The notes under the pieces are model-generated. The model made no database searches, was not told the origin of the DNA, and worked only from the letters and a program-made list of their open reading frames with translations. The translations under genes and the position numbers were made by a program. A stretch of DNA of 64,000 nucleotides from Eledone cirrhosa (taxonomy: Eukaryota), in contig OZ024744.1 of NCBI GenBank assembly GCA_964016885.1, positions 21,638,001 through 21,702,000 on the forward strand, written 5' to 3'. Of the stretch, positions 40,601 to 54,659 are shown one piece after another (position 1 is the stretch's first letter; each line of letters starts with the position of its first letter).

Positions 40601-43600
40601 TTCAGAGTGAAGAGGTGGCAGGCACAACAGCTATGACATCTTCAGACAGAAGAGGTGACAGATACAACAGCTATAACATCTTCAGACAGTTAGAAGAGGT
40701 GACAGGCACAACAGCTATGACATCTTCAGACAGTTAGAAGAGGTGACAGGCACAACAGCTATGACATCTTCAGAGAGTTAGAAGAGGTGACAGCCACAAC
40801 AGCTATGACTTCTTCAGACAGTTAGAAGAGGTGACAGCCACAACAGCTATGACATATTCAGACAAAAGTGGTGACAGGCACAACAGCTATGCCATCTTCA
40901 GAGAGTTAGAAGAGGTGACAGGCACAACAGCTATGACATCTTTAGAGAGAAGAGGTGACAGCCACAACAGCTATGACATCTTCAGGCAGTTAGAAGAGGT
41001 GACAGCCTCAACAGCTATGACATCTTCAGACAGTTAAAAGAGGTGACAGAAACAACAGTTGTGACATCTTCAGACAGTTAGAAGAGGTGACAGCCACAAC
41101 AGCTATGACATCTTCAGACAGTTAGAAGAGGTGACAGGCACAACAGCTATGACATCTTCAGAGAGAAGAGGTGACAGGCACAACAGCTATTACATCTTCA
41201 GACAGTTAGAAGAGGTGACAGGCACAACAGCTATGACTTCTTCAGACAGTTAGAAGAGGTGACAGCCACAACAGCTATGACATATTCAGACAAAAGAGGT
41301 GACAGGCACAACAGCTATGCCATCTTCAGAGAGTTAGAAGAGGTGACAGGCACAACAGCTATGACATCTTCAGACAGAAGAGGTGACAGCCACAACAGCT
41401 ATGACATCTTCAGACAGTTAGAAGAGGTGACAGGCACAACAGCTATGACATATTCTGTCAGTTAGAAGAGGTGACAGCCACAACAGCTATGACATCTTCA
41501 GACAGTTAAAAGAGGTGACAGGCACAACAGCTGTGACATCTTCAGACAGTTAGAAGAGGTGACAGCCACAACAGCTATAACATCTTCAAATAGTTAGAAG
41601 AGGTGACAGGCACAACAGCTATGACATCTTCAGACAGTTAGAAGAGGTGACAGGCACAACAGCTATGACATGTTCTGTCAGTTAGAAGAGGTGACACCCA
41701 CAACAGCTATGACATCTTCAGACAGTTAAAAGAGGTGACAGGCACAACAGATGTGACATCTTCAGACAGTTAGAAGAGGTGACAACAACAACAGCTATGT
41801 CATCTTCAGACAGTTAGAAGAGGTGACAGCCACAACAGCTATGACATCTTCAGACAGTTAGAAGAGGTGACAGGCACAACAGCTATGACATCTTCAGACA
41901 GTTAGAAGAGGTGACAGCCTCAACAGCTATGACATCTTCAGACAGTTAGAAGAGGTGACAGGCACAACAGCTATGACATGTTCTGTCAGTTAGAAGAGGT
42001 GACACCCACAACAGCTATGACATCTTCAGACAGTTAAAAGAGGTGACAGGCACAACAGATGTGACATCTTCAGACAGTTAGAAGAGGTGACAACAACAAC
42101 AGCTATGTCATCTTCAGACAGTTAGAAGAGGTGACAGCCACAACAGCTATGACATCTTCAGACAGTTAAAAGAGGTGACAGGCACAACAGCTGTGACATC
42201 TTCAGACAGTTAGAAGAGGTGACAGCCACAACAGCTATGACATCTTCAGACAGTTAGAATAGGTGACAGGCACAACAGCTATGACATATTCAGAGAGAAG
42301 AGGTGACAGGCACAACAGCTATGACATCTTCAGACTGTTAGAAGAGGTGGCAGCCACAACAGCTATGACATCTTCAGACAGAAGAGGTGACAGCCACAAC
42401 AGCTATGACATCTTCAGAGTGTTAGAAGAGGTGACAGCCACAACAGCTATGACATCTTCAGACAGAAGAGGTGACAGCCACAACAGCTATGACATCTTCA
42501 GAGTGAAGAGGTGGCAGGCACAACAGCTATGACATCTTCAGACAGAAGAGGTGACAGATACAACAGCTATAACATCTTCAGACAGTTAGAAGAGGTGACA
42601 GGCACAACAGCTATGACATCTTCAGACAGTTAGAAGAGGTGACAGGCACAACAGCTATGACATCTTCAGAGAGTTAGAAGAGGTGACAGCCACAACAGCT
42701 ATGACTTCTTCAGACAGTTAGAAGAGGTGACAGCCACAACAGCTATGACATATTCAGACAAAAGTGGTGACAGGCACAACAGCTATGCCATCTTCAGAGA
42801 GTTAGAAGAGGTGACAGGCACAACAGCTATGACATCTTTAGAGAGAAGAGGTGACAGCCACAACAGCTATGACATCTTCAGGCAGTTAGAAGAGGTGACA
42901 GCCTCAACAGCTATGACATCTTCAGACAGTTAAAAGAGGTGACAGAAACAACAGTTGTGACATCTTCAGACAGTTAGAAGAGGTGACAGCCACAACAGCT
43001 ATGACATCTTCAGACAGTTAGAAGAGGTGACAGGCACAACAGCTATGACATCTTCAGAGAGAAGAGGTGACAGGCACAACAGCTATTACATCTTCAGACA
43101 GTTAGAAGAGGTGACAGGCACAACAGCTATGACTTCTTCAGACAGTTAGAAGAGGTGACAGCCACAACAGCTATGACATATTCAGACAAAAGAGGTGACA
43201 GGCACAACAGCTATGCCATCTTCAGAGAGTTAGAAGAGGTGACAGGCACAACAGCTATGACATCTTCAGACAGAAGAGGTGACAGCCACAACAGCTATGA
43301 CATCTTCAGACAGTTAGAAGAGGTGACAGGCACAACAGCTATGACATATTCTGTCAGTTAGAAGAGGTGACAGCCACAACAGCTATGACATCTTCAGACA
43401 GTTAAAAGAGGTGACAGGCACAACAGCTGTGACATCTTCAGACAGTTAGAAGAGGTGACAGCCACAACAGCTATAACATCTTCAGATAGTTAGAAGAGGT
43501 GACAGGCACAACAGCTATGACATCTTCAGACAGTTAGAAGAGGTGACAGGCACAACAGCTATGACATGTTCTGTCAGTTAGAAGAGGTGACACCCACAAC

Positions 43601-46600
43601 AGCTATGACATCTTCAGACAGTTAAAAGAGGTGACAGGCACAACAGATGTGACATCTTCAGACAGTTAGAAGAGGTGACAACAACAACAGCTATGTCATC
43701 TTCAGACAGTTAGAAGAGGTGACAGCCACAACAGCTATGACATCTTCAGACAGTTAGAAGAGGTGACAGGCACAACAGCTATGACATATTCAGACAGTTA
43801 GAAGAGGTGACAGGCACAACAGCTATGACATATTCAGAGAGAAGAGGTGACAGGCACAACAGCTATGCCATCTTCAGACTGTTAGAAGAGGTGGCAGCCA
43901 CAACAGCTATGACATCTTCAGACAGAAGAGGTGACAGCCACAACAGCTATGACATCTTCAGACTGTTAGAAGAGGTGACAGCCACAACAGCTATGACATC
44001 TTCAGACAGAAGAGGTGACAGCCACAACAGCTATGACATCTTCAGAGTGAAGAGGTGACAGGCACAACAGCTATGACATCTTCAGACAGAAGAGGTGACA
44101 GACACAACAGCTATAACATCTTCAGACAGTTAGAAGAGGTGACAGGCACAACAGCTATGACATCTTCAGAGAGTTAGAAGAGGTGACAGCCACAACAGCT
44201 ATGACTTCTTCAGACAGTTAGAAGAGGTGACAGCCACAACAGCTATGACGTCTTCAGACAGTTAGAAGAGGTGACAGCAACAACAGCTATGACATATTCA
44301 GACAAAAGAGGTGACAGGCACAACAGCTATGCCATCTTCAGAGAGTTAGAAGAGGTGACAGGCACAACAGCTATGACATCTTTAGAGAGAAGAGGTGACA
44401 GCCACAACAGCTATGACATCTTCAGACAGTTAGAAGAGGTGACAGCCTCAACAGCTATGACATCTTCAGACAGTTAAAAGAGGTGACAGATACAACAGTT
44501 GTGATATCTTCAGACAGTTAGAAGAGGTGACAGCCACAACAGCTATGACATCTTCAGACAGTTAGAAGAGGTGACAGGCACAACAGCTATGACATCTTCA
44601 GACAGTTAGAAGAGGTGACAGGCACAACAGCTATGACATGTTCTGTCAGTTAGAAGAGGTAACAGCCACAACAGCTATGACATCTTCAGACAGTTAAAAG
44701 AGGTGACAGGCACAACAGCTGTGACATCTTCAGACAGTTAGAAGAGGTGACAGCCACAACAGCTATGACATCTTCAGACAGTTAGAAGAGGTGACAGGCA
44801 CAACAGCTATGACATATTCAGAGAGAAGAGGTGACAGGTACAACAGCTATGACATCTTCAGACTGTTAGAAGAGGTGGCAGCCACAACAGCTATGACATC
44901 TTCAGACTGTTAGAAGAGGTGACAGCCACAACAGCTATGACATCTTCAGACAGAAGAGGTGACAGCCACAACAGCTATGACATCTTCAGAGTGAAGAGGT
45001 GGCAGGCACAACAGCTATGACATCTTCAGACAGAAGAGGTGACAGATACAACAGCTATAACATCTTCAGACAGTTAGAAGAGGTGACAGGCACAACAGCT
45101 ATGACATCTTCAGACAGTTAGAAGAGGTGACAGGCACAACAGCTATGACATCTTCAGAGAGTTAGAAGAGGTGACAGCCACAACAGCTATGACTTCTTCA
45201 GACAGTTAGAAGAGGTGACAGCCACAACAGCTATGACATATTCAGACAAAAGTGGTGACAGGCACAACAGCTATGCCATCTTCAGAGAGTTAGAAGAGGT
45301 GACAGGCACAACAGCTATGACATCTTTAGAGAGAAGAGGTGACAGCCACAACAGCTATGACATCTTCAGGCAGTTAGAAGAGGTGACAGCCTCAACAGCT
45401 ATGACATCTTCAGACAGTTAAAAGAGGTGACAGAAACAACAGTTGTGACATCTTCAGACAGTTAGAAGAGGTGACAGCCACAACAGCTATGACATCTTCA
45501 GACAGTTAGAAGAGGTGACAGGCACAACAGCTATGACATCTTCAGAGAGAAGAGGTGACAGGCACAACAGCTATTACATCTTCAGACAGTTAGAAGAGGT
45601 GACAGGCACAACAGCTATGACTTCTTCAGACAGTTAGAAGAGGTGACAGCCACAACAGCTATGACATATTCAGACAAAAGAGGTGACAGGCACAACAGCT
45701 ATGCCATCTTCAGAGAGTTAGAAGAGGTGACAGGCACAACAGCTATGACATCTTCAGACAGAAGAGGTGACAGCCACAACAGCTATGACATCTTCAGACA
45801 GTTAGAAGAGGTGACAGGCACAACAGCTATGACATATTCTGTCAGTTAGAAGAGGTGACAGCCACAACAGCTATGACATCTTCAGACAGTTAAAAGAGGT
45901 GACAGGCACAACAGCTGTGACATCTTCAGACAGTTAGAAGAGGTGACAGCCACAACAGCTATAACATCTTCAGATAGTTAGAAGAGGTGACAGGCACAAC
46001 AGCTATGACATCTTCAGACAGTTAGAAGAGGTGACAGGCACAACAGCTATGACATGTTCTGTCAGTTAGAAGAGGTGACACCCACAACAGCTATGACATC
46101 TTCAGACAGTTAAAAGAGGTGACAGGCACAACAGATGTGACATCTTCAGACAGTTAGAAGAGGTGACAACAACAACAGCTATGTCATCTTCAGACAGTTA
46201 GAAGAGGTGACAGCCACAACAGCTATGACATCTTCAGACAGTTAGAAGAGGTGACAGGCACAACAGCTATGACATATTCAGACAGTTAGAAGAGGTGACA
46301 GGCACAACAGCTATGACATATTCAGAGAGAAGAGGTGACAGGCACAACAGCTATGCCATCTTCAGACTGTTAGAAGAGGTGGCAGCCACAACAGCTATGA
46401 CATCTTCAGACAGAAGAGGTGACAGCCACAACAGCTATGACATCTTCAGACTGTTAGAAGAGGTGACAGCCACAACAGCTATGACATCTTCAGACAGAAG
46501 AGGTGACAGCCACAACAGCTATGACATCTTCAGAGTGAAGAGGTGACAGGCACAACAGCTATGACATCTTCAGACAGAAGAGGTGACAGACACAACAGCT

Positions 46601-47550
46601 ATAACATCTTCAGACAGTTAGAAGAGGTGACAGGCACAACAGCTATGACATCTTCAGAGAGTTAGAAGAGGTGACAGCCACAACAGCTATGACTTCTTCA
46701 GACAGTTAGAAGAGGTGACAGCCACAACAGCTATGACGTCTTCAGACAGTTAGAAGAGGTGACAGCAACAACAGCTATGACATATTCAGACAAAAGAGGT
46801 GACAGGCACAACAGCTATGCCATCTTCAGAGAGTTAGAAGAGGTGACAGGCACAACAGCTATGACATCTTTAGAGAGAAGAGGTGACAGCCACAACAGCT
46901 ATGACATCTTCAGACAGTTAGAAGAGGTGACAGCCTCAACAGCTATGACATCTTCAGACAGTTAAAAGAGGTGACAGATACAACAGTTGTGATATCTTCA
47001 GACAGTTAGAAGAGGTGACAGCCACAACAGCTATGACATCTTCAGACAGTTAGAAGAGGTGACAGGCACAACAGCTATGACATCTTCAGACAGTTAGAAG
47101 AGGTGACAGGCACAACAGCTATGACATGTTCTGTCAGTTAGAAGAGGTAACAGCCACAACAGCTATGACATCTTCAGACAGTTAAAAGAGGTGACAGGCA
47201 CAACAGCTGTGACATCTTCAGACAGTTAGAAGAGGTGACAGCCACAACAGCTATGACATCTTCAGACAGTTAGAAGAGGTGACAGGCACAACAGCTATGA
47301 CATATTCAGAGAGAAGAGGTGACAGGTACAACAGCTATGACATCTTCAGACTGTTAGAAGAGGTGGCAGCCACAACAGCTATGACATCTTCAGACAGAAG
47401 AGGTGACAGCCACAACAGCTATGACATCTTCAGACTGTTAGAAGAGGTGACAGCCACAACAGCTATGACATCTTCAGACAGAAGAGGTGACAGCCACAAC
47501 AGCTATGACATCTTCAGAGTGAAGAGGTGACAGGCACAACAGCTATGACA
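37700..47550 (+). repeat. Higher-order repeat block: ~2.5-kb unit inside a ~4.4-kb duplication
   Basis: Identical pseudo-ORFs lie at offset 4424 (37839/42263, 38303/42727, 39383/43807, 39847/44271), 2528 (38303/40831) and 2488 (42727/45215, 43807/46295, 44271/46759). Private markers: AGGTAACAG, GACAACAAC..ATGTCAT, GTGGCAGGC. Confidence 0.88.
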
Positions 47551-49609
47551 TCTTCAGACAGAAGAGGTGACAGACACAACAGCTATAACATCTTCAGACA
47601 GTTAGAAGAGGTGACAGTCACAACAGCTTTGACATCTTCAGACAGTTAGAAGAGGTGACAGGCACAACAGCTATGACATCTTCAGAGAGTTAGAAGAGGT
47701 GACAGCCACAACAGCTATGACTTCTTCAGACAGTTAGAAGAGGTGACAGCCACAACAGCTATGACGTCTTCAGACAGTTAGAAGAGGTGACAGCAACAAC
47801 AGCTATGACATATTCAGACAAAAGAGGTGACAGGCACAACAGCTATGCCATCTTCAGAGAGTTAGAAGAGGTGACAGGCACAACAGCTATGACATCTTTA
47901 GAGAGAAGAGGTGACAGCCACAACAGCTATGACATCTTCAGACAGTTAGAAGAGGTGACAGCCTCAACAGCTATGACATCTTCAGACAGTTAAAAGAGGT
48001 GACAGATACAACAGTTGTGATATCTTCAGACAGTTAGAAGAGGTGACAGGCACAACAGCTATGACATCTTCAGAGAGAAGAGGTGACAGGCACAACAGCT
48101 ATGACATCTTCAGACAGTTAGAAGAGGTGACAGGCACAACAGCTATGACATCTTCAAACAGTGAGTAGAGGTGACAGCCACAACAGCTATGACATCTTCA
48201 GACTATTAGAAGAGGTGAAAGCCACAACAGCTATGACATCTTCAGACAGAAGAGGTGACAGCCACAACAGCTATGACATCTTCAGACTGTTAGAAGAGGT
48301 GACCACCACAACAGCTATAACATCTTCAGACAGTTAGAAGAGGTGACAGGCACAACAGCTATGACATCTTCAGACAGTTACAAGAGGTGACAGGCACAAC
48401 AGCTATGACATATTCTGTCAGTTAGAAGAGGTGACAGCCACAACAGCTATGACATCTTCAGACAGTTAAAAGAGGTGACAGGCACAACAGATGTGACATC
48501 TTCAGACAGTTAGAAGAGGTGACAGCCACAACAGCTATGACATCTTCAGACAGTTAGAATAGGTGACAGGCACAACAGCTGTGACATATTCAGAGAGAAG
48601 AGGTGACAGGCACAACAGCTATGACATCTTCAGACTGTTAGAAGAGGTGGCAGCCACAACAGCTATGACATCTTCAGACAGAAGAGGTGACAGCCACAAC
48701 AGCTATGACATCTTCAGAGTGTTAGAAGAGGTGACAGCCACAACAGCTATGACATCTTCAGACAGAAGAGGTGACAGCCACAACAGCTATGACATCTTCA
48801 GAGTGAAGAGGTGACAGGCACAACAGCTATGACATCTTCAGACAGAAGAGGTGACAGACACAACAGCTATAACATCTTCAGACAGTTAGAAGAGGTGACA
48901 GGCACAACAGCTATGACATCTTCAGACAGTTAGAAGAGGTGACAGGCACAACAGCTATGACATCTTCAGAGAGTTAGAAGAGGTGACAGCCACAAGAGCT
49001 ATGACTTCTTCAGACAGTTAGAAGAGGTGACAGCCACAACAGCTTTGACATATTCAGACAAAAGTGGTGACAGGCACAACAGCTATGCCATCTTCAGAGA
49101 GTTAGAAGAGGTGACAGGCACAACAGCTATGACATATTTAGAGAGAAGAGGTGACAGCCACAACAGCTATGACATCTTCAGGCAGTTAGAAGAGGTGACA
49201 GCCTCAACAGCTATGACATCTTCAGACAGTTAAAAGAGGTGACAGAAACAACAGTTGTGACATCTTCAGACAGTTAGAAGAGGTGACAGCCACAACAGCT
49301 ATGACATCTTCAGACAGTTAGAAGAGGTGACAGGCACAACAGCTATGACATCTTCAGAGAGAAGAGGTGACAGGCACAACAGCTATTACATCTTCAGACA
49401 GTTAGAAGAGGTGACAGGCACAACAGCTATGACTTCTTCAGACAGTTAGAAGAGGTGACAGCCACAACAGCTATGACATATTCAGACAGTTAGAAGAGGT
49501 GACAGGCACAACAGCTATGACATCTTCAGAGAGAAGAGGTGACAGGCACAACAGCTATGACATCTTCAGAGAGAAGAGGTGACAGGCACAACAGCTATTA
49601 CATCTTCAG

Positions 49610-51880
49610 ACAGTTAAAAGAGGTGACAGGCACAACAGATGTGACATCTTCAGACAGTTAGAAGAGGTGACAGCCACAACAGCTATGACATCTTCAGACA
49701 GTTAGAAGAGGTGACAGGCACAACAGCTATGACATATTCAGACTGTTAGAAGAGGTGGCAGCCACAACAGCTATGACATCTTCAGACAGAAGAGGTGACA
49801 ACCACAACAGCTATGACATCTTCAGACTGTTAGAAGAGGTGACAGCCACAACAGCTATGACATCTTCAGACAGAAGAGGTGACAGCCACAACAGCTATGA
49901 CATCTTCAGAGTGAAGAGGTGACAGGCACAACAGCTATGACATCTTCAGACAGAAGAGGTGACAGACACAACAGCTATAACATCTTCAGAGAGTTAGAAG
50001 AGGTGACAGTCACAACAGCTTTGACATCTTCAGACAGTTAGAAGAGGTGACAGGCACAACAGCTATGACATCTTCAGAGAGTTAGAAGAGGTGACAGCCA
50101 CAACAGCTATGACTTCTTCAGACAGTTAGAATAGGTGACAGCCACAACAGCTTTGACGTCTTCAGACAGTTAGAAGAGGTGACAGCAACAACAGCTATGA
50201 CATATTCAGACAAAAGAGGTGACAGGCACAACAGCTATGCCATCTTCAGAGAGTTAGAAGAGGTGACAGGCACAACAGCTATGACATCTTTAGAGAGAAG
50301 AGGTGACAGCCACAACAGCTATGACATCTTCAGACAGTTAGAAGAGGTGACAGCCTCAACAGCTATGACATCTTCAGACAGTTAGAAGAGGTGACAGCCA
50401 CAACAGCTATGACATCTTCAGACAGTTAGAAGAGGTGACAGGCACAACAGCTATGACATCTTCAGAGAGAAGAGGTGACAGGCACAACAGCTATTACATC
50501 TTCAGACAGTTAGAAGAGGTGACAGGCACAACAGCTATGACTTCTTCAGACAGTTAGAAGAGGTGACAGCCACAACAGCTATGACATATTCAGACAAAAG
50601 AGGTGACAGGCACAACAGCTATGCCATCTTCAGAGAGTTAGAAGAGGTGACAGGCACAACAGCTATGACATCTTCAGACAGAAGAGGTGACAGCCACAAC
50701 AGCTATGACATCTTCAGACTATTAGAATAGGTGAAAGCCACAACAGCTATGACATCTTCAGACAGAAGAGGTGACAGCCACAACAGCTATGACATCTTCA
50801 GACAGTTAGAAGAGGTGACAGGCACAACAGCTATGACATATTCTGTCAGTTAGAAGAGGTGACAGCCATAACAGCTATGACATCTTCAGACAGTTAAAAG
50901 AGGTGACAGGCACAACAGCTGTGACATCTTCAGACAGTTAGAAGAGGTGACAGCCACAACAGCTATAACATCTTCAGATAGTTAGAAGAGGTGACAGGCA
51001 CAACAGCTATGACATCTTCAGACAGTTAGAAGAGGTGACAGGCACAACAGCTATGACATGTTCTGTCAGTTAGAAGAGGTGACACCCACAACAGCTATGA
51101 CATCTTCAGACAGTTAAAAGAGGTGACAGGCACAACAGATGTGACATCTTCAGACAGTTAGAAGAGGTGACAGCCACAACAGCTATGACATCTTCAGACA
51201 GTTAGAAGAGGTGACAGGCACAACAGCTATGACATATTCAGACTGTTAGAAGAGGTGGCAGCCACAACAGCTATGACATCTTCAGACAGAAGAGGTGACA
51301 ACCACAACAGCTATGACATCTTCAGACTGTTAGAAGAGGTGACAGCCACAACAGCTATGACATCTTCAGACAGAAGAGGTGACAGCCACAACAGCTATGA
51401 CATCTTCAGAGTGAAGAGGTGACAGGCACAACAGCTATGACATCTTCAGACAGAAGAGGTGACAGACACAACAGCTATAACATCTTCAGACAGTTAGAAG
51501 AGGTGACAGTCACAACAGCTTTGACATCTTCAGACAGTTAGAAGAGGTGACAGGCACAACAGCTATGACATCTTCAGAGAGTTAGAAGAGGTGACAGCCA
51601 CAACAGCTATGACTTCTTCAGACAGTTAGAAGAGGTGACAGCCACAACAGCTATGACGTCTTCAGACAGTTAGAAGAGGTGACAGCAACAACAGCTATGA
51701 CATATTCAGACAAAAGAGGTGACAGGCACAACAGCTATGCCATCTTCAGAGAGTTAGAAGAGGTGACAGGCACAACAGCTATGACATCTTTAGAGAGAAG
51801 AGGTGACAGCCACAACAGCTATGACATCTTCAGACAGTTAGAAGAGGTGACAGCCTCAACAGCTATGACATCTTCAGACA
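49610..51880 (+). repeat. Duplication at 1500-bp offset
   Basis: The ACCACAAC..GACTGTT monomer is at 49801 and 51301, and identical pseudo-ORFs start at 50179 and 51679. Confidence 0.75.
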
Positions 51881-54659
51881 GTTAAAAGAGGTGACAGATA
51901 CAACAGTTGTGATATCTTCAGACAGTTAGAAGAGGTGACAGCCACAACAGCTATGACATCTTCAGACAGTTAGAAGAGGTGACAGGCACAACAGCTATGA
52001 CCTCTTCAGAGAGAAGAGGTGACAGGCACAACAGCTATGACATCTTCAGACAGTTAGAAGAGGTGACAGGCACAACAGCTATGACATCTTCAAACAGTGA
52101 GTAGAGGTGACAGCCACAACAGCTATGACATCTTCAGACTATTAGAAGAGGTGAAAGCCACAACAGCTATGACATCTTCAGACAGAAGAGGTGACAGCCA
52201 CAACAGCTATGACATCTTCAGACTGTTAGAAGAGGTGACCACCACAACAGCTATAACATCTTCAGACAGTTAGAAGAGGTGACAGGCACAACAGCTATGA
52301 CATCTTCAGACAGTTAGAAGAGGTGACAGGCACAACAGCTATGACATATTCTGTCAGTTAGAAGAGGTGACAGCCACAACAGCTATGACATCTTCAGACA
52401 GTTAAAAGAGGTGACAGGCACAACAGATGTGACATCTTCAGACAGTTAGATGAGGTGACAGCCACAACAGCTATGACATCTTCAGACAGTTAGAATAGGT
52501 GACAGGCACAACAGCTATGACATCTTCAGACAGAAGAGGTGACAGCCACAACAGCTATGACATCTTCAGAGTGTTAGAAGAGGTGACAGCCACAACAGCT
52601 ATGACATCTTCAGACAGAAGAGGTGACAGCCACAACAGCTATGACATCTTCAGAGTGAAGAGGTGACAGGCACAACAGCTATGACATCTTCAGACAGAAG
52701 AGGTGACAGACACAACAGCTATAACATCTTCAGACAGTTAGAAGAGGTGACAGGCACAACAGCTATGACATCTTCAGACAGTTAGAAGAGGTGACAGGCA
52801 CAACAGCTATGACATCTTCAGAGAGTTAGAAGAGGTGACAGCCACAACAGCTATGACTTCTTCAGACAGTTAGAAGAGGTGACAGCCACAACAGCTATGA
52901 CATATTCAGACAAAAGTGGTGACAGGCACAACAGCTATGCCATCTTCAGAGAGTTAGAAGAGGTGACAGGCACAACAGCTATGACATCTTTAGAGAGAAG
53001 AGGTGACAGCCACAACAGCTATGACATCTTCAGGCAGTTAGAAGAGGTGACAGCCTCAACAGCTATGACATCTTCAGACAGTTAAAAGAGGTGACAGAAA
53101 CAACAGTTGTGACATCTTCAGACAGTTAGAAGAGGTGACAGCCACAACAGCTATGACATCTTCAGACAGTTAGAAGAGGTGACAGGCACAACAGCTATGA
53201 CATCTTCAGAGAGAAGAGGTGACAGGCACAACAGCTATTACATCTTCAGACAGTTAGAAGAGGTGACAGGCACAACAGCTATGACTTCTTCAGACAGTTA
53301 GAAGAGGTGACAGCCACAACAGCTATGACATATTCAGACAAAAGAGGTGACAGGCACAACAGCTATGCCATCTTCAGAGAGTTAGAAGAGGTGACAGGCA
53401 CAACAGCTATGACATCTTCAGACAGAAGAGGTGACAGCCACAACAGCTATGACATCTTCAGACTATTAGAAGAGGTGAAAGCCACAACAGCTATGACATC
53501 TTCAGACAGAAGAGGTGACAGCCACAACAGCTATGACATCTTCAGACAGTTAGAAGAGGTGACAGGCACAACAGCTATGACATATTCTGTCAGTTAGAAG
53601 AGGTGACAGCCACAACAGCTATGACATCTTCAGACAGTTAAAAGAGGTGACAGGCACAACAGCTGTGACATCTTCAGACAGTTAGAAGAGGTGACAGCCA
53701 CAACAGCTATAACATCTTCAGATAGTTAGAAGAGGTGACAGGCACAACAGCTATGACATCTTCAGACAGTTAGAAGAGGTGACAGGCACAACAGCTATGA
53801 CATGTTCTGTCAGTTAGAAGAGGTGACACCCACAACAGCTATGACATCTTCAGACAGTTAAAAGAGGTGACAGGCACAACAGATGTGACATCTTCAGACA
53901 GTTAGAAGAGGTGACAGCCACAACAGCTATGACATCTTCAGACAGTTAGAAGAGGTGACAGGCACAACAGCTATGACATATTCAGACTGTTAGAAGAGGT
54001 GGCAGCCACAACAGCTATGACATCTTCAGACAGAAGAGGTGACAGCCACAACAGCTATGACATCTTCAGACTGTTAGAAGAGGTGACAGCCACAACAGCT
54101 ATGACATCTTCAGACAGAAGAGGTGACAGCCACAACAGCTATGACATCTTCAGAGTGAAGAGGTGACAGGCACAACAGCTATGACATCTTCAGACAGAAG
54201 AGGTGACAGACACAACAGCTATAACATCTTCAGACAGTTAGAAGAGGTGACAGTCACAACAGCTTTGACATCTTCAGAGAGAAGAGGTGACAGGCACAAC
54301 AGCTATTACATCTTCAGACAGTTAGAAGAGGTGACAGCCACAACAGCTATGACTTCTTCAGACAGTTAGAAGAGGTGACAGCCACAACAGCTGTGACGTC
54401 TTCAGACAGTTAGAAGAGGTGACAGCAACAACAGCTATGACATATTCAGACAAAAGAGGTGACAGGCACAACAGCTATGCCATCTTCAGAGAGTTAGAAG
54501 AGGTGACAGGCACAACAGCTATGACATCTTTAGAGAGAAGAGGTGACAGCCACAACAGCTATGACATCTTCAGACAGTTAGAAGAGGTGACAGCCTCAAC
54601 AGCTATGACATCTTCAGACAGTTAAAAGATCTGACAGATACAACAGTTGTGATATCTTC

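Noticed and set aside
54627-54632. Unique GG>TC change creating AGATCT
   Set aside because: It is a single occurrence with no length change or foreign sequence, so it is either a private mutation or an error and is useful only as a landmark.
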